Positions 27,953-45,900 of a stretch of 64,000 nt of DNA are shown here, in pieces. The stretch's first letter is position 1. Each line of letters opens with the position of its first letter. Origin of the DNA: SAR116 cluster bacterium AG-390-L20 (GTDB lineage Bacteria; Pseudomonadota; Alphaproteobacteria; Puniceispirillales; Marisalimonadaceae); NCBI GenBank assembly GCA_003278095.1, contig QCHB01000005.1, positions 43,977 to 107,976 on the forward strand, in the 5' to 3' direction. Made by a program: the position numbers and the translations under genes. The notes under the pieces are model-generated. The model searched no databases and was not told where the DNA came from. It worked only from the letters and a program-made list of their open reading frames with translations.

Positions 27953-28498
27953 TTATTGTGAACTAAATGGAAAATCAAATCCGCTTAATAACTCTTTTCC
28001 TTCATCATCTGATTTAGCTGAAGTAACAAAAATTATATCCATTCCTCTAACAGAATCCACGTTGTCATACTCAATCTCAGGAAAAACAAATTGTTCTTTT
28101 AAGCCAAGTGCGTAATTGCCATTACCATCAAAACTCTTTGGATTAACTCCTCTGAAATCTCGTACTCTCGGTAACGCTACATTTACAAATCTATCTATGA
28201 ACTCATACATCTTATTTTTTCTAAGAGTTACTTTAACTCCAATAGGCATCCCTTCTCTTAATTTAAAGCTCGCATTAGCTTTTTTTGATTTGGTTACTAA
28301 AGGTTTTTGGCCGCTTATTGCAGCCAACTCCCTGACAGCAACTTCAATTTTTTTACTGTCTTTTACTGCTTCACCTACACCCATGTTAATTACGATCTTT
28401 TCAAGTTTTGGTATTTCTAAATCATTTTTATAATTAAATTTGTCTTTTAGAGTGCTAGTAATTTCTTTTTTATATTTTTCATACAAGCGGACTGTCAT
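27953..28498 (-). CDS. rplE: 50S ribosomal protein L5
   Basis: [15 protein letters not shown]...[19 protein letters not shown]. Confidence 0.95.
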   Translation of the reverse strand: MTVRLYEKYKKEITSTLKDKFNYKNDLEIPKLEKIVINMGVGEAVKDSKKIEVAVRELAAISGQKPLVTKSKKANASFKLREGMPIGVKVTLRKNKMYEFIDRFVNVALPRVRDFRGVNPKSFDGNGNYALGLKEQFVFPEIEYDNVDSVRGMDIIFVTSAKSDDEGKELLSGFDFPFSSQ

Positions 28499-28511
28499 TT
28501 AAATCTCCATT

Positions 28512-28832
28512 TTACTTGTCTAATAAAGAGCCTGACACAACAGACATTCTTTTCTTGACACCATCTTTAATCTCGTACTTAACTCTTGTTGGTTTACCAT
28601 TATCAGGATCAACATGCGACACATTTGAAATATGAAGAGAGGCCTCTATTTCTTCAATTTTACCCGGGCTTTCTTGTGTTGCTTTTCTGTGTCGCTTAAT
28701 AATATTAATCCCTTGAACAATTACTCTATCTTTATCCTTTAATATAGATAAAACGTTACCTGTCTTACCCTTGTCCTTACCGGTAATTACAATAACTGAA
28801 TCACCCTTTTTTATTTTAAACTTTTTATTCAT
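28512..28832 (-). CDS. rplX: 50S ribosomal protein L24
   Basis: KIKKGDSVIVITGKDKGKTG. Confidence 0.95.
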   Translation of the reverse strand: MNKKFKIKKGDSVIVITGKDKGKTGNVLSILKDKDRVIVQGINIIKRHRKATQESPGKIEEIEASLHISNVSHVDPDNGKPTRVKYEIKDGVKKRMSVVSGSLLDK

Positions 28833-29200
28833 TATAAAACCTCAGGAGCTAGAGATACTATTTTCATAAATTTTCTACTGCGTAATTCTCGTGTAACAGG
28901 ACCAAATATTCTTGTACCTATTGGTTCGTTACTCTTATTTACTAAAACCGCAGCATTTTTATCAAATCTAATGCAAGTACCGTCATTTCGTCTAACTTCT
29001 TTCGCAGTTCTTACTATGACAGCTCTATGAACGTCGCCTTTTTTTACTCGACCTCTAGGAATTGCTTCTTTAATTGAAACTACTATAACATCTCCTACAG
29101 CAGCTGATGTACGACCAGATCCACCCAGAACTTTAATACATTGAACTCTTCTTGCACCTGAGTTGTCAGCAACTTCGAGATTACTTTGCATTTGTATCAT
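28832..29200 (-). CDS. rplN: 50S ribosomal protein L14
   Basis: Start taken at [18 protein letters not shown] (122 aa); the ORF track adds a 14-aa extension that is not L14-like. Confidence 0.93.
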   Translation of the reverse strand: MIQMQSNLEVADNSGARRVQCIKVLGGSGRTSAAVGDVIVVSIKEAIPRGRVKKGDVHRAVIVRTAKEVRRNDGTCIRFDKNAAVLVNKSNEPIGTRIFGPVTRELRSRKFMKIVSLAPEVL

Positions 29201-29225
29201 ATTATATCTCCAAGAAAAATTCCAA

Positions 29226-29453
29226 TTAATATATAACCTCAAAACGCTTATTTTTAGAAATAGGGTTGCACTCTCTTATGCTTACAATATCCCCAATATT
29301 GAACTTATTTTGACTATCATGAACAGAAAACCTTTTAGATTTTGTCACAAATTTTTTGTACATCGGATGCATAATTTTTCTTTCAACTAAAACAGTTATG
29401 GTTTTATCTAACTTGTTACTTGTAACTTTACCTGTTAAAATTCTTTTTGGCAT
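29226..29453 (-). CDS. rpsQ: 30S ribosomal protein S17
   Basis: Start taken at [10 protein letters not shown] with GAGGA RBS; the longer ORF-track start would overlap rpmC. Confidence 0.9.
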   Translation of the reverse strand: MPKRILTGKVTSNKLDKTITVLVERKIMHPMYKKFVTKSKRFSVHDSQNKFNIGDIVSIRECNPISKNKRFEVIY

Positions 29454-29464
29454 ATAATTTGTCC

Positions 29465-29671
29465 TCAAACTTTGGTTAATACAACATTATTCAGAATTGT
29501 TTTTATACAGGCTATCTCTTTTCTAATTTGCCTAAATCTGGCAGGATTTTCATTCTGTCCATTTGAAACTTGGAAGCGAAGGTTAAACTGTTCTTTTCTT
29601 AACAATTTTATCTGCTCTTTTAGTTCATCATTAGTCTTAACTATTAAATCTTTGGACTTGTACTTTGCCAT
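29465..29671 (-). CDS. rpmC: 50S ribosomal protein L29
   Basis: 68 aa; [18 protein letters not shown]. Confidence 0.9.
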   Translation of the reverse strand: MAKYKSKDLIVKTNDELKEQIKLLRKEQFNLRFQVSNGQNENPARFRQIRKEIACIKTILNNVVLTKV

Positions 29672-29684
29672 TTATTCCTCTTTT

Positions 29685-30098
29685 TTATTCACCTAATCTT
29701 TTAACAACTTTGGTATGCATAGGCAGTTTTGCCGCTGCTAAACTCAAAGCTTCTTTAGCAGCAATTTCTGAGATGCCATCAAGTTCAAACATAATTCTAC
29801 CAGGCTTGACTCTGCAAATCCAAAAATCAGGTGACCCCTTACCTTTACCCATTCTAACTTCGGCTGGCTTACTTGAAACTGGAACATCTGGAAATATCCT
29901 TATCCATACCCTACCTGCTCTCCTTAGATGCCTAGTTATAGCTCTTCTAGCAGCTTCTATTTGTCTAGCTGTAACTCTTTCAGGCTCAACAGCTTTGAGC
30001 CCAAAGGATCCAAAATTAAGTTTTGTTCCACCCTTTGCAAGGCCATGAATTCTGCCTTTATGAGCTTTTCTAAATTTTGTTCTTTTAGGCTGTAACAT
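29685..30098 (-). CDS. rplP: 50S ribosomal protein L16
   Basis: [16 protein letters not shown]. Confidence 0.95.
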   Translation of the reverse strand: MLQPKRTKFRKAHKGRIHGLAKGGTKLNFGSFGLKAVEPERVTARQIEAARRAITRHLRRAGRVWIRIFPDVPVSSKPAEVRMGKGKGSPDFWICRVKPGRIMFELDGISEIAAKEALSLAAAKLPMHTKVVKRLGE

Positions 30099-30100
30099 TT

Positions 30101-30802
30101 TTACCCCTGATCCATAGATTTGATATTTGAACCTTTGACAGCACCTTGCATTTTTTTATCTTGAGCCATAGGGTCATGTTCCATAACTTCACCTTTGAAA
30201 ATCCAAACTTTTATTCCAGTCGCGCCATAAGTCGTAAATGCGGTTGCCTCTCCATAATCAACATCTGCCCTCAATGTATGTAAAGGGACTCTACCTTCTC
30301 TATACCATTCAGTTCTAGCAATCTCAGCACCGCCAAGCCTGCCTGCGCAATTTATTCTTACACCTTCAGCTCCAAGTCTAATTGCACTCTGAACAGCCCT
30401 TTTCATTGCTCTTCTGAACGCGACTCTTCTTTCAAGTTGCTGAGCGATGCCGTCAGCTACTAATTTGGCATCAATCTCTGGTTTCCTAATTTCTATTATA
30501 TTAAGGCTTACATCAGAACCAATTTGCTTACTTAATGTATTTTTTAAAGTTTCGATATCTTGACCTTTTTTACCAATAACTAATCCTGGCCTTCCAGCAT
30601 AAATAGAAATTTTAGCTCTTCCAGCAGGTCTTTCAATAACAATTTTACTAACTGCGGCTGCTTTTAACTTATCAAACAAATATTTTCTAAGATTTATATC
30701 TTGGTGAAGCAAGTCAGCATAAGACTTTCCACCAAACCACCTAGAGTCCCAAGTACGGTTAATGCCTAGCCTAAATCCAATTGGCTGTGTTTTTTGACCC
30801 AT
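30101..30802 (-). CDS. rpsC: 30S ribosomal protein S3
   Basis: [14 protein letters not shown]...[31 protein letters not shown]. Confidence 0.95.
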   Translation of the reverse strand: MGQKTQPIGFRLGINRTWDSRWFGGKSYADLLHQDINLRKYLFDKLKAAAVSKIVIERPAGRAKISIYAGRPGLVIGKKGQDIETLKNTLSKQIGSDVSLNIIEIRKPEIDAKLVADGIAQQLERRVAFRRAMKRAVQSAIRLGAEGVRINCAGRLGGAEIARTEWYREGRVPLHTLRADVDYGEATAFTTYGATGIKVWIFKGEVMEHDPMAQDKKMQGAVKGSNIKSMDQG

Positions 30803-30803
30803 A

Positions 30804-31181
30804 TTATTTACCTTCCTGTTCGGACAATAAAATTGTTAGATGAGAAAAAGGTTTGATAATTTTGGCACCACGACCTCTAGCGCGAGCATGAAAACGTTTC
30901 ATAACCAACCCTTTGCCAACATAGGCTTCTTTTACAATAAGTTTGTCTATATCTAGTGAATGATTATTTTCAGCGTTAGCTATAGCAGACCTTAGTGCCT
31001 TTTCAACATCATTTGATATTCTTCGTTTACAAAATTGTAAAACAGAAATAGCCTTAGATGCGGTTTGCTTTCTAATCATTTGAGCTACAAGGTTAAGTTT
31101 TTGCGGACTAATTCTAATATTTTTCAACACAACTTTTGCCTCGTTGTCCAGTTCTCGTCTTTTGTTTTTCTCTTTTCCCAT
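30804..31181 (-). CDS. rplV: 50S ribosomal protein L22
   Basis: [17 protein letters not shown]...[23 protein letters not shown]. Confidence 0.95.
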   Translation of the reverse strand: MGKEKNKRRELDNEAKVVLKNIRISPQKLNLVAQMIRKQTASKAISVLQFCKRRISNDVEKALRSAIANAENNHSLDIDKLIVKEAYVGKGLVMKRFHARARGRGAKIIKPFSHLTILLSEQEGK

Positions 31182-31189
31182 CTTTTCCT

Positions 31190-31465
31190 CTATCGCTTTG
31201 CTTTTTTGTCAGCTGTATGACCATAGTAAGTCCTTGTAGGTGAAAATTCTCCCAATTTATGCCCCACCATTGTTTCAGTGATTGTTACAGGTATAAATTT
31301 TTTACCATTATACACACCAAATGTAAGCCCTACGAATTGAGGCATAACAGTGGATCTCCTCGACCAAGTTTTTATTACATCATTTCTTCCTGATTCTCTT
31401 GCTATATCAGCTTTTTTTAGTAAATAGCCGTCCACAAAGGGGCCTTTCCAAATAGATCTAGACAT
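31190..31465 (-). CDS. rpsS: 30S ribosomal protein S19
   Basis: [12 protein letters not shown]...[15 protein letters not shown]. Confidence 0.95.
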   Translation of the reverse strand: MSRSIWKGPFVDGYLLKKADIARESGRNDVIKTWSRRSTVMPQFVGLTFGVYNGKKFIPVTITETMVGHKLGEFSPTRTYYGHTADKKAKR

Positions 31466-31475
31466 TTAGTTAACC

Positions 31476-32300
31476 TTACGCTTTTCTTCTTCTAATTATT
31501 AATTTATCAGTTCTTTTATTATTTCTTGTTCTATATCCTTTTGTAGGCTTGCCCCAGGGAGTAACTGGGTGCCTACCACCAGATGTTCTTCCTTCACCTC
31601 CACCATGAGGATGGTCAACTGGATTCATGGCAACACCTCTTACAGAAGGTCTTTTTCCCAACCATCTATTTCTACCAGCCTTTCCTAAGTTAGTGTTTTG
31701 ATTATCAGGATTTGAAACAGCTCCAATAGCACACAAGCAAGAAGAGAGCACAAATCTGACTTCACCAGATACTAATCGCAGAATTGAATAAGATAAATCT
31801 TTACCTATAAGTTGAACGTAGGATCCTGCTGAACGAGCAATTTGCCCTCCCTTGCCAGGTTTAAGTTCAACGTTATGGATGATAGTTCCAACTGGCACTG
31901 ATGAAAGTGGCATACAATTTCCAGGCTTAATATCAGCCTTATTGGAAGATATAACTTTATCTCCCACATTTAGTCTTTGAGGGGCTATAATGTACCTCAA
32001 TTCATTATCTTCATATTTTATTAGAGCAATATATGCTGAACGGTTTGGATCATATTCTATACGTTCAACCATACCATTTATATCAAACTTATTCCTTTTA
32101 AAGTCTATTATTCTATATCGTCTTTTGTGTCCACCACCTCTTTGCCACATTGTAATTTTACCAGAGTGATTTCTTCCTCCATTTTTACTGAGACCTTCGG
32201 TTAATCTTTTTTCAGGCTTACCTTTGTACAATTCGGATTTATCTACAAGTACTAATCCTCTTTGTCCAGGTGTATTGGGTTTATATTGTTTTAATGCCAT
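31476..32300 (-). CDS. rplB: 50S ribosomal protein L2
   Basis: [22 protein letters not shown]...[15 protein letters not shown]. Confidence 0.95.
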   Translation of the reverse strand: MALKQYKPNTPGQRGLVLVDKSELYKGKPEKRLTEGLSKNGGRNHSGKITMWQRGGGHKRRYRIIDFKRNKFDINGMVERIEYDPNRSAYIALIKYEDNELRYIIAPQRLNVGDKVISSNKADIKPGNCMPLSSVPVGTIIHNVELKPGKGGQIARSAGSYVQLIGKDLSYSILRLVSGEVRFVLSSCLCAIGAVSNPDNQNTNLGKAGRNRWLGKRPSVRGVAMNPVDHPHGGGEGRTSGGRHPVTPWGKPTKGYRTRNNKRTDKLIIRRRKA

Positions 32301-32301
32301 A

Positions 32302-32631
32302 TTATACCCCCACTGACAAATCTATCGTATTACCAGGTGCAAGAGTTATTATAGCTTTTTTTGTATTTGCTCTTCGACCTAAAATTCCTTTAAATCTTTT
32401 AACCTTTCCTTTAAGAAGTATGGTGTTAACAGACTTAACTTTTACTGAAAAAATTTTTTCTATTGATAATTTTATGTCAAATTTGCTTGCGGAAAGTGGG
32501 ACAGAAAATACCATTTTGTTAAATTCTGACATTTGAGTTGCTTTTTCTGTAATTAGAGGATTTAAAACAACCTGGTAAGCTTTATTAAGACTAATTAAAG
32601 TTTCATTTTTTTTTCTAGGTCTTATGCTCAT
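32302..32631 (-). CDS. rplW: 50S ribosomal protein L23
   Basis: [12 protein letters not shown]...KKAIITL; overlaps the rplD stop by 4 nt. Confidence 0.9.
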   Translation of the reverse strand: MSIRPRKKNETLISLNKAYQVVLNPLITEKATQMSEFNKMVFSVPLSASKFDIKLSIEKIFSVKVKSVNTILLKGKVKRFKGILGRRANTKKAIITLAPGNTIDLSVGV

Positions 32632-33260
32632 GACAACCGTTCCTCAACAAATTTAAGTGCATCGTCAATAATTATTAAGTTTTCTTTTTTAACAATATCG
32701 TAGACATTAATTCCTTCGTAGGAAAGCACATCTAAATTTTTAATATTATTTGCAGCTTTAACAAAATTTGATTCAACATCATTACCTGAAATAACTAGAG
32801 TTTTGCCCACTCCCATCTTATCTAATTTTTTCTTTAAAGTAGAGGTCTTTCCATCACATTTTGAGCCATCTAAAATAATAAGTTTTCCAAGTTTGAATTT
32901 ATCAGATAATGCAGATTTTAAACCAAGTTTCCTTACTTTTTTATTTAAGTTATGAGAATGCGAATGAACAACTGGCCCATGAGCCATCCCGCCACCTCTA
33001 AACTGTGACACTGAACCCGAACCGTGCCTAGCTTTACCAGTTCCTTTTTGCTTATACATTTTAGCTGTAGTCATTTTAATTTCACTTCGCGTTTTAACAG
33101 AGTGGTTACCCAAACGTCTTTTAGCTAATTGCCATCTTATAACTCTGGCCATTATGTCAGGTCTAGGAGATATTCCAAAAACATTAACATCTAGCGTTAT
33201 TTCTTTACCTGACTTGTTATTTAAATTTAAAGATTTAATTTTCACCTTAGGCTCCTTCAT
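32628..33260 (-). CDS. rplD: 50S ribosomal protein L4
   Basis: [24 protein letters not shown]; start placed at the internal ATG (MKEPKVKIK); exact start uncertain. Confidence 0.88.
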   Translation of the reverse strand: MKEPKVKIKSLNLNNKSGKEITLDVNVFGISPRPDIMARVIRWQLAKRRLGNHSVKTRSEIKMTTAKMYKQKGTGKARHGSGSVSQFRGGGMAHGPVVHSHSHNLNKKVRKLGLKSALSDKFKLGKLIILDGSKCDGKTSTLKKKLDKMGVGKTLVISGNDVESNFVKAANNIKNLDVLSYEGINVYDIVKKENLIIIDDALKFVEERLS

Positions 33261-33996
33261 TCTCTGATAAATTACCACTGGTATTTTCAGAAACTGGTAT
33301 TGTTTTATCATGCGAAGCATCAGACGTTCTTAGACCAGCAGGAAAGGGAGCCTCCTTGGGGAGATCATGTTTAACTGCATCAGACAAAGTTACAATTCCA
33401 TTTTTTGATCCCGGAACTGAACCTTCTACCAAAATTAAATCTTCATCTTCTAAAAGTTTCACAACTTTGAGATTTTGAGTTGTAACTCTAACATTACCGT
33501 ATTGCCCTGCCATTTTTTTGCCTTTCCAAGTCCTACCTGGATCCTGGCTATTTCCAGTTGAACCGTGGGCCCTATGACTGATTGACACACCATGTGTAGC
33601 CTGCATTCCACCAAAATTATGTCTCTTCATTGAACCTGCAAAACCTTTACCTTGTGAAATTCCCATTACATCAACCTTTTGACCGGGTATAAAATGATTT
33701 ACGCTAATTTTATCACCAATTTTCAGTAAAGCATCTTCACTAACTCTAAATTCTATAATTTTTTCTTTAGGTTCAGTTTTGGCTTTTGCAAAATGACCTT
33801 TTAGAGGCTTATTAATATTCTTTAACTTTTTATTGTTAAAGCCTAATTGAACAGCAATATAGCCATCTTTTTTCATAGACCTTGTAGACAAGACTTCAAC
33901 ATCTTCAATTCTTAAAACAGTTACAGGAACGTGTTCACCTTTATCGTTGAACATTCTTGACATTCCTAATTTTCTAGCTATAACGCCACAACGCAT
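33247..33996 (-). CDS. rplC: 50S ribosomal protein L3
   Basis: [13 protein letters not shown]...[27 protein letters not shown]. Confidence 0.95.
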   Translation of the reverse strand: MRCGVIARKLGMSRMFNDKGEHVPVTVLRIEDVEVLSTRSMKKDGYIAVQLGFNNKKLKNINKPLKGHFAKAKTEPKEKIIEFRVSEDALLKIGDKISVNHFIPGQKVDVMGISQGKGFAGSMKRHNFGGMQATHGVSISHRAHGSTGNSQDPGRTWKGKKMAGQYGNVRVTTQNLKVVKLLEDEDLILVEGSVPGSKNGIVTLSDAVKHDLPKEAPFPAGLRTSDASHDKTIPVSENTSGNLSENEGA

Positions 33997-34007
33997 AATT
34001 AAATCCT

Positions 34008-34316
34008 TTAAATCTTAATTTCGACATCAACTCCAGATGCCAAATCTAGTTTCATAAGAGCGTCTACAGTTTGCGGGGTCGGTTCAATTATATCTAACAC
34101 TCTCTTGTGAGTTCTCATTTCAAATTGCTCACGGCTTTTTTTGTCTACATGAGGCCCCCTGAGAACTGTAAATCTATTGAGAGATGTAGGCAATGGAATC
34201 GGCCCTCGAATTTTAGCACCAGTCCTTCTTGCAGTATTGACTATTTCAGAAGTAGATTGATCTAATATCCTATGATCAAAAGCCTTTAATCTAATTCTAA
34301 TATTTTGACCGTCCAT
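34008..34316 (-). CDS. rpsJ: 30S ribosomal protein S10
   Basis: [14 protein letters not shown]...RGPIPLPT. Confidence 0.95.
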   Translation of the reverse strand: MDGQNIRIRLKAFDHRILDQSTSEIVNTARRTGAKIRGPIPLPTSLNRFTVLRGPHVDKKSREQFEMRTHKRVLDIIEPTPQTVDALMKLDLASGVDVEIKI

Positions 34317-34321
34317 TAAAT

Positions 34322-35572
34322 CCTCACTACATTAACTATTAAATGTTATCAGTTAAGACTGAATACTCGAAACAACCCCAGCACCAACTGTTCTTCCACC
34401 TTCTCTTATTGCAAATCTTAAACCTTCATCCATTGCAATTGGTGCAATTAACTCAACAGTTATTGCTATATTATCCCCAGGCATAACCATTTCTGTTCCT
34501 GATGGAAGCTCTACAGCCCCAGTTACGTCAGTAGTTCTAAAATAAAATTGTGGACGATAATTACTAAAAAAAGGTGTATGCCTTCCACCTTCATCTTTAG
34601 TTAATATGTAAGCCTCGCCTTTAAATTTTGAATATGGCTTGATTGAACCAGGTGCAGATAAAACTTGACCTCGTTCGACTTCTTCTCTTTTTGTACCTCT
34701 TAAAAGAACACCAACATTATCACCAGCTTCACCAGAATCTAATAACTTACGAAACATTTCAACACCAGTACATGTTGTCTTAGTTGTTTCCTTTATGCCA
34801 ACAATCTCTATTTCTTCACCAACTTTCACAACACCTCTTTCCACACGACCCGTAACAACAGTTCCTCTTCCAGATATAGAAAAAACGTCTTCAATAGGCA
34901 TTAAAAAAGGCTTATCTTTGTCACGAGCTGGTTGAGGAATATAAGTATCAACAGCAGTCATTAATTCTGTAATCGAATTCAGACCAATAGCTTCATCACG
35001 ATTCTCTAAAGCCGCTAGTGCACTTCCTTTTATAATAGGAATGTCGTCACCAGGAAAATCATAACTACTTAAGAGTTCACGAATTTCTAATTCCACTAAT
35101 TCTAATAATTCTTCATCATCAACTTGATCGACTTTATTCATATAAACTACTAATGAGGGAACACCTACCTGACGCGCTAAAAGTATATGCTCTTTAGTTT
35201 GAGGCATAGGACCATCCGCAGCATTCACAACTAAAATAGCGCCATCCATTTGAGCCGCGCCGGTGATCATGTTCTTGACATAGTCAGCGTGACCTGGACA
35301 GTCAACATGAGCATAATGACGATTTTCAGTAGAATATTCAACATGAGCAGTAGATATAGTTATACCTCTCTCTCTTTCTTCAGGCGCTTTATCAATTTGG
35401 TCATAAGCAGAAAAGTCAGCACGACCAGCATCAGCCATAACTTTTGTAATTGCTGCAGTTAAAGTAGTTTTCCCATGATCAACGTGGCCTATTGTGCCAA
35501 TGTTAACGTGTGGTTTACTACGATCAAATTTTTCTTTAGACATCTTATATGACCTTTCTGTATATAATTGTT
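34322..35572. repeat. 1251-bp repeat, copy 1 (tuf plus 31 bp 3' flank and 29 bp 5' flank)
   Basis: Matches 50500..51750 at a constant offset of 16178. Both-strand ORF translations are identical and every stretch I compared base by base is identical. Confidence 0.85.
34353..35543 (-). CDS. tuf: elongation factor Tu (copy 1, str-operon copy)
   Basis: [22 protein letters not shown] motifs; 396 aa. Confidence 0.97.
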   Translation of the reverse strand: MSKEKFDRSKPHVNIGTIGHVDHGKTTLTAAITKVMADAGRADFSAYDQIDKAPEERERGITISTAHVEYSTENRHYAHVDCPGHADYVKNMITGAAQMDGAILVVNAADGPMPQTKEHILLARQVGVPSLVVYMNKVDQVDDEELLELVELEIRELLSSYDFPGDDIPIIKGSALAALENRDEAIGLNSITELMTAVDTYIPQPARDKDKPFLMPIEDVFSISGRGTVVTGRVERGVVKVGEEIEIVGIKETTKTTCTGVEMFRKLLDSGEAGDNVGVLLRGTKREEVERGQVLSAPGSIKPYSKFKGEAYILTKDEGGRHTPFFSNYRPQFYFRTTDVTGAVELPSGTEMVMPGDNIAITVELIAPIAMDEGLRFAIREGGRTVGAGVVSSIQS

Positions 35573-37710
35573 TAGGCTAACTTCGCCTTAACCTCGTCTG
35601 CAACAGCTTGAGGAACTTGATCATAATGATCAAAAATCATTGTATATTGAGCCCTGCCTTGACTCATTGACCTCAGGTTATTTACATAACCAAACATATT
35701 GGCTAAAGGAACCATAGCATTAATTACTTGGGCATTACCCCTAGCATCCATTCCATTAACTTGACCTCTTCGGCTATTTAAATCACCTATAATATCGCCC
35801 ATGTATTCTTCAGGTGTAACACATTCAACTTTCATTATAGGCTCAAGTAAAACTGGCGAAGCCTTTGCCATACCTTCCCTGAATGCTGCTCTCGCGGCTA
35901 TCTCAAAAGCCATAACTGAAGAATCCACGTCATGATATGCGCCATCATGAAGATTAACCTTAAAGTCGATAGCTGGAAAACCCGCTATTATACCAGCATC
36001 CTTAGCTTGTATTAAACCTTTTTCAACGCCAGGTATGTATTCAGTAGGAATATTACCACCTTTAATTGAATTCAAAAATTCGAAGTCTTTATCAGGGTTT
36101 GGCGAAAATGTCATTTTAACACGAGCAAATTGACCAGACCCACCAGATTGTTTTTTATGAGTATAGTCAACTTCGATTTCTTTCGTGATAGTTTCTCGAT
36201 AGGCAACTTGCGGAGCACCAATGTTAGCCTCAACCTTAAATTCACGTTTAAGTCGATCTATTAATATATCAAGATGAAGTTCACCCATACCTTTCATAAT
36301 GGTTTGACCTGATTCAATGTCTGTAGACACCTGAAAAGATGGATCTTCAGCAGCTAATCTTGCAAGGCCTGTAGACATTTTCTCTTGATCGTTCTTAGAC
36401 TTAGGTTCAACTGCAATTTCGATTACCGGATTTGGAAATGACATTGTTTCCAATACAACAGATTTTAATGGATCACACAAGGTATCTCCAGTAGTTGTCT
36501 CTTTCATACCAGCTAATGCAACAATATCGCCAGCAAATGCCTCATCTATTTCCTCTCTATTATTAGAGTGCATCATCATCATTCTACCAACTCGCTCTTT
36601 TTTTCCTTTGGTAGAGTTAAGAAGAGAATCCCCTTTTTTTATGGAACCTGAATATATTCTTAAAAAAGTTAAAGAACCAACAAATGGATCATTCATAATT
36701 TTAAAGGCGAGACCAGAAAAAGGCTCTTGATCGCTAGCCTTTCTTTCAACATTTCTAGTTTCAGTAACATCACCAGGTAAAAAACCAAGATAAGCAGGCA
36801 CATCTAATGGATCAGGAAGGTAATCAATTACTGAGTTTAACATCGTCTGAACACCTTTATTTTTAAATGCGGACCCACACAAAATTGGAACAAAATCCAT
36901 AGCAAGGGTACCTTTCCTAATTAAATTTCTTAAAGAAATTTCATCAGGCTCCTCACCTTCTAGATATTTTTCCATCCAAGCATCATCTTGCTCAACTGCT
37001 AACTCTATTAGATCCGCCCTCATAGACTTAGACTTTTCCAGCAAATCTTCTCTGATTTCACGTATAGCCCAGGAAGCGCCTAAATCTTCTGAGTCCCATA
37101 CCCACTCTTTCATGGAAACTAAATCCACAAGACCTGCAAACTCATTTTCTGCACCAATTGGTAAATTAATAGGTAAAGGAGTAGCTCCCGTCCTATCTTT
37201 TACCATATCCACACACTTAAAAAAATCAGCACCAATCTTATCCATTTTGTTAACAAATACTATTCTAGGCACTTTGTATCTATCGGCCTGCCTCCATACT
37301 GTTTCGGTTTGCGGTTCAATCCCAGCATTAGCGTCAAGAACAACAACAGCACCATCAAGTACCGCTAATGATCTTTCTACTTCGATAGTAAAATCAACAT
37401 GACCAGGTGTATCTATAATGTTAAACCTAAATTTAGCCTCATCTTCCGAGGATCCATAATGTGAATCATAACCTTTACCGTCTTCTGTTCTAGTCCAAAA
37501 ACATGTTGTTGCAGCAGAAGTAATTGTAATACCTCGCTCTTGCTCTTGCTCCATCCAATCCATTGTAGCGTTTCCATCGTGGACCTCACCAATCTTATGT
37601 GATCTGCCAGTATAATAAAGAACTCTTTCGGATGTTGTAGTCTTACCGGCATCAATGTGAGCAATAATACCAAAATTTCTATATCTATTTAAATTGTATC
37701 CACGAGACAT
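35572..37710 (-). CDS. fusA: elongation factor G
   Basis: Start taken at [25 protein letters not shown] (712 aa); the 38-aa upstream extension in the ORF track overlaps rpsG and is not EF-G-like. Confidence 0.95.
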   Translation of the reverse strand: MSRGYNLNRYRNFGIIAHIDAGKTTTSERVLYYTGRSHKIGEVHDGNATMDWMEQEQERGITITSAATTCFWTRTEDGKGYDSHYGSSEDEAKFRFNIIDTPGHVDFTIEVERSLAVLDGAVVVLDANAGIEPQTETVWRQADRYKVPRIVFVNKMDKIGADFFKCVDMVKDRTGATPLPINLPIGAENEFAGLVDLVSMKEWVWDSEDLGASWAIREIREDLLEKSKSMRADLIELAVEQDDAWMEKYLEGEEPDEISLRNLIRKGTLAMDFVPILCGSAFKNKGVQTMLNSVIDYLPDPLDVPAYLGFLPGDVTETRNVERKASDQEPFSGLAFKIMNDPFVGSLTFLRIYSGSIKKGDSLLNSTKGKKERVGRMMMMHSNNREEIDEAFAGDIVALAGMKETTTGDTLCDPLKSVVLETMSFPNPVIEIAVEPKSKNDQEKMSTGLARLAAEDPSFQVSTDIESGQTIMKGMGELHLDILIDRLKREFKVEANIGAPQVAYRETITKEIEVDYTHKKQSGGSGQFARVKMTFSPNPDKDFEFLNSIKGGNIPTEYIPGVEKGLIQAKDAGIIAGFPAIDFKVNLHDGAYHDVDSSVMAFEIAARAAFREGMAKASPVLLEPIMKVECVTPEEYMGDIIGDLNSRRGQVNGMDARGNAQVINAMVPLANMFGYVNNLRSMSQGRAQYTMIFDHYDQVPQAVADEVKAKLA

Positions 37711-37726
37711 TTTAATTCCTATAATT

Positions 37727-38197
37727 CTACCAACGGTAATGTGAAAAGGCTTTGTTTGCTTCAGCCATTTTATGAGTATCTTCTCTTTTCTTAACAGAAG
37801 CACCTCTGTTTGAAGAAGCATCAATTAGCTCACCACTAAGTCTTTCTGTCATTGAATTTTCTGACCTATTTCTACTACTATTTATAAGCCATCTAATTGC
37901 GAGCGCCAAGGCCCTATCTGAACGAACTTCTACCGGGACCTGATAAGTAGCACCACCGACACGCCTAGATCTAACTTCAAGTTGGGGTTGAACATTACCT
38001 AAAGCTTCGTGAAAAATTTTCACAGGCTCTACACCAGCTTTCTTCTCAATTACGTCAAATGCACCATAAACTATCTTCTCAGCAGTAGACCTTTTACCGT
38101 CAAACATCAAACAAGATGTAAATTTTGATACAATTTTATCGTTGAACTTCGGATCAGGCATAACTTCTCTTTTTATAGCTTTTCTTCGTCTTGACAT
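37727..38197 (-). CDS. rpsG: 30S ribosomal protein S7
   Basis: [17 protein letters not shown]...[19 protein letters not shown]. Confidence 0.95.
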   Translation of the reverse strand: MSRRRKAIKREVMPDPKFNDKIVSKFTSCLMFDGKRSTAEKIVYGAFDVIEKKAGVEPVKIFHEALGNVQPQLEVRSRRVGGATYQVPVEVRSDRALALAIRWLINSSRNRSENSMTERLSGELIDASSNRGASVKKREDTHKMAEANKAFSHYRW

Positions 38198-38211
38198 TTA
38201 AAATTTCCTTT

Positions 38212-38583
38212 TTATTTAGGTCTTTTCGCACCGTATTTTGATCTTCTTTGACGCCTATCTGAAACACCTTGTGTGTCCAAAGTTCCTCTTATAACGTGAT
38301 ATCTTACACCAGGTAGATCTTTAACCCTACCACCCCTTATCATCACAACAGAATGTTCTTGTAAATTATGACCTTCACCAGGTATATAGGACGTGACTTC
38401 AAAACCATTTGTAAGCCTAATTCTAGCAACCTTTCTTAGAGCAGAGTTTGGCTTTTTGGGAGTGGTCGTATATACTCGTGTACATACACCTCTTTTTTGA
38501 GGACAAGATTGCATAGCAGGAACTTTTGTTTTATTAACTGGTCGGTTACGACCATGCCTTATAAGCTGATTAATAGTAGGCAT
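38212..38583 (-). CDS. rpsL: 30S ribosomal protein S12
   Basis: MPTINQLIR...[19 protein letters not shown]. Confidence 0.95.
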   Translation of the reverse strand: MPTINQLIRHGRNRPVNKTKVPAMQSCPQKRGVCTRVYTTTPKKPNSALRKVARIRLTNGFEVTSYIPGEGHNLQEHSVVMIRGGRVKDLPGVRYHVIRGTLDTQGVSDRRQRRSKYGAKRPK

Positions 38584-38768
38584 TTAGACATCCTTCATAA
38601 AAACGAATAGCTGAAACCAGCATTATAAATAGTGCGAATAAGGGCTAGCGTCTAATTAAAATTACAACCAGAACCCAATATTTGCGGAATTATAATCTTA
38701 ACTTAGTCAATGGTCAAGGACAAAATACATACTAAAGTTAAATTTACATATTAGTTCGTATACATTCG

Positions 38769-42959
<4,191 letters not shown>

Positions 42960-42967
42960 TCAATAAA

Positions 42968-45900
42968 TTATTCAACTAAATCCATGTTTACATTTAAGCC
43001 TAAAGATTTTAACTCTTTGATTAACACATTAAATGATTCTGGAATACCTGCTTCAAAATCGTCATCACCCTTGATTATAGATTCATAAACTTTTGTTCTA
43101 CCAGAAACGTCATCAGATTTAACAGTAAGCATTTCTTGTAGGGTATAGGCAGCACCATATGCTTCTAAAGCCCACACTTCCATTTCACCAAATCTTTGAC
43201 CACCAAATTGAGCCTTGCCGCCTAAAGGTTGTTGCGTAACGAGTGAATAAGGGCCAATCGATCTTGCATGTATTTTATCATCTACTAGATGATGTAATTT
43301 TAACATGTAAATATAACCAACCGTAACTTTTCTATCAAAAACTTCTCCTGTTCTACCGTCAGTTAACCAAACTTGACCAGTTTCGTCTAAGTCTGCCAAA
43401 TTAAGAATATTTCTAACATCTTTTTCACTAGCTCCGTCAAAAACTGGGGTAGCCATCGGGACACCTCTTCGTAAGTTAAGAGCTTGCTGCATTAAATCGT
43501 TATCATTCATCTTTGAAAAATCGGATTTATATTGCTTTTCTCCATAAACTTGAATTAAAAAATTTCTAATATTTTTGTTTTTAGCATCGTTATTACTCTC
43601 AATCATTTTTCCAATCTTATCTCCTAAACCAGAAGCAGCCCAACCCAAATGAGTTTCTAATATCTGCCCAACATTCATTCTAGAAGGAACACCTAAAGGA
43701 TTCAAAACAACATCAACAGGTGTACCATCTTTTGTGTAAGGCATATCTTCAGAAGGAATAATTCTTGAAATAACCCCTTTATTGCCATGTCTTCCTGCCA
43801 TTTTGTCCCCTGACTGAAGTTTTCTTTTTACTGCAACAAAAACTTTAACCATCTTCATGACACCAGGCAATAATTCGTCACCTCTTTGTAACTTATCAAC
43901 CCTGTCATTAAATCTATTTTCTAAAGTTTTTATGACCCCATCAAAATGGTTAGATAATTTTTCAATCTTTTTTTGAACTTTATCGTCTTCAATGCTAATT
44001 GCTCTAAGATCATTTCGTGATAATTTTGCAATAATTTCCTCAGTTAATAAATCCCCATTTTTTATTGTTTTAATAGATGAACGTTGTATCTTATTACCAA
44101 TAATATATTCTTTAAGACGTCCATAAAAACCTCTTTCGAGGATAGTTTTTTCATCATCTCTATCCTTAGCAAATTTTTCTATTTCAGCCCTTTCAATGGC
44201 TCTAGCTCTTTCATCTTTATCAACACCTCTTCTAGAGAAAACTCTGACATCAACAATGGTACCTGAAACTCCTGGTGGAACTTTTAGTGATGTATCACGA
44301 ACATCTGAGGCCTTCTCTCCAAATATGGCTCTAAGCAATTTTTCCTCTGGTGTCATTGGGCTTTCACCTTTAGGAGTTACTTTACCAACCATTATATCAC
44401 CTTGTTTAACTTCAGCACCAATATATACCATACCAGCCTCATCTAAATTTCTTAGAGCTTCTTCGCCAATATTTGGAATATCACGAGTAATTTCTTCCTG
44501 GCCTAACTTTGTATCTCTAGCCATTACTTCAAACTCTTCAATATGGATAGAAGAAAAAACATCTTCTTTAACAATTCTTTCAGAAATCAGAATTGAATCT
44601 TCAAAATTGTAGCCATTCCAGGGCATAAATGCCACCAAGACATTTCTACCTAAGGCTAATTCTCCATCGTCAGTAGCTGGGCCATCAGCAATTATGTCTC
44701 CACTGTTAATTATGTCACCCACTTGAACCAATGGCCTTTGATTAATACAAGTATTTTGATTACTCCTTTGAAATTTTAATAATGAGTAAATATCCACAGG
44801 ACTTACGTCAGCTGCATCAGCAGAATGAGCTCGAATGACTATCCTTGTAGCATCAACTTGGTCAACAATTCCTGATCTTCGCGCTACTAATGTTACACCT
44901 GAATCCTGCGCCACTGTGGCTTCTATCCCAGTCCCCACAAGAGGACTTTCAGATTTTACTAATGGAACAGCTTGTCTCATCATATTAGACCCCATTAAAG
45001 CTCTGTTTGCATCATCATTTTCTAAAAACGGTATTAAAGCAGACGCGACGGATACCAATTGTTTAGGAGAAACATCCATAAGATTAATATCACCTGGGTT
45101 AGCCAAACCAATATCCCCTCCTTTTCTGACAGGAAGTAGATCGTCAGTAAAATTATCAGAACTATCTAATTCCGCATTAGCTTGTGCAATTGTAAACTTA
45201 CCTTCTTCTATAGCAGAAACGTAAACTACGTCTTTAGTCACTTTACCATTGTCTACTTTCCTGTAAGGTGTTTCAATAAAACCGTATTGATTAATCTGAG
45301 CAAAAGTTGCCAAAGAATTTATTAGTCCAATATTGGGTCCTTCTGGTGTCTCAATAGGGCAAATTCTACCATAATGTGTAGGATGGACATCTCTAACTTC
45401 AAACCCCGCTCTTTCTCTTGTAAGTCCACCTGGCCCTAGTGCAGAAACTCTTCTTTTGTGAGTAATTTCTGAAAGAGGATTGGTTTGATCCATAAATTGA
45501 GATAATTGGCTTGAACCAAAAAACTCTCTAAGCGAGGCTGCAGCTGGCTTTGCATTAATAAGATCTTGGGGCATTAAATTTTCAATTTCATTTGCTGAGC
45601 TCATTCTTTCTTTAATTGCTCTTTCCATTCTTGAAAGACCTACCCGATATTGATTCTCTAATAACTCACCAACTGACCGTACCCTTCTATTACCCAAATG
45701 GTCTATATCGTCAATTTCTCCATGGCCATCTTTAAGAGAAATTAGTTCTTTTATAATTTCCAGAACATCAACTTTTCTCAAAATTCTTATACTGTCATCA
45801 ACTTCTAGGTTTAAACGTGCTGACATTTTAACCCTACCTACTGCAGACAAATCATATCTTTCTTCATCAAAAAATAAATTTTTAAATAAAATCTCAGCCG

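Noticed and set aside
37300-37480. About 12-aa longer loop in EF-G between TTCFW and NIIDTPGH than in E. coli EF-G as I recall it
   Set aside because: This loop is known to vary in length between lineages. Without an alignment to close relatives there is no basis to call it unusual.
37711-37824. 38-aa N-terminal extension of fusA, and the internal ORF 37413..37673
   Set aside because: The extension overlaps the rpsG 3' end and is not EF-G-like, while the EF-G G1 motif follows [10 protein letters not shown] directly. ORF 37413..37673 is an out-of-frame ORF within fusA.
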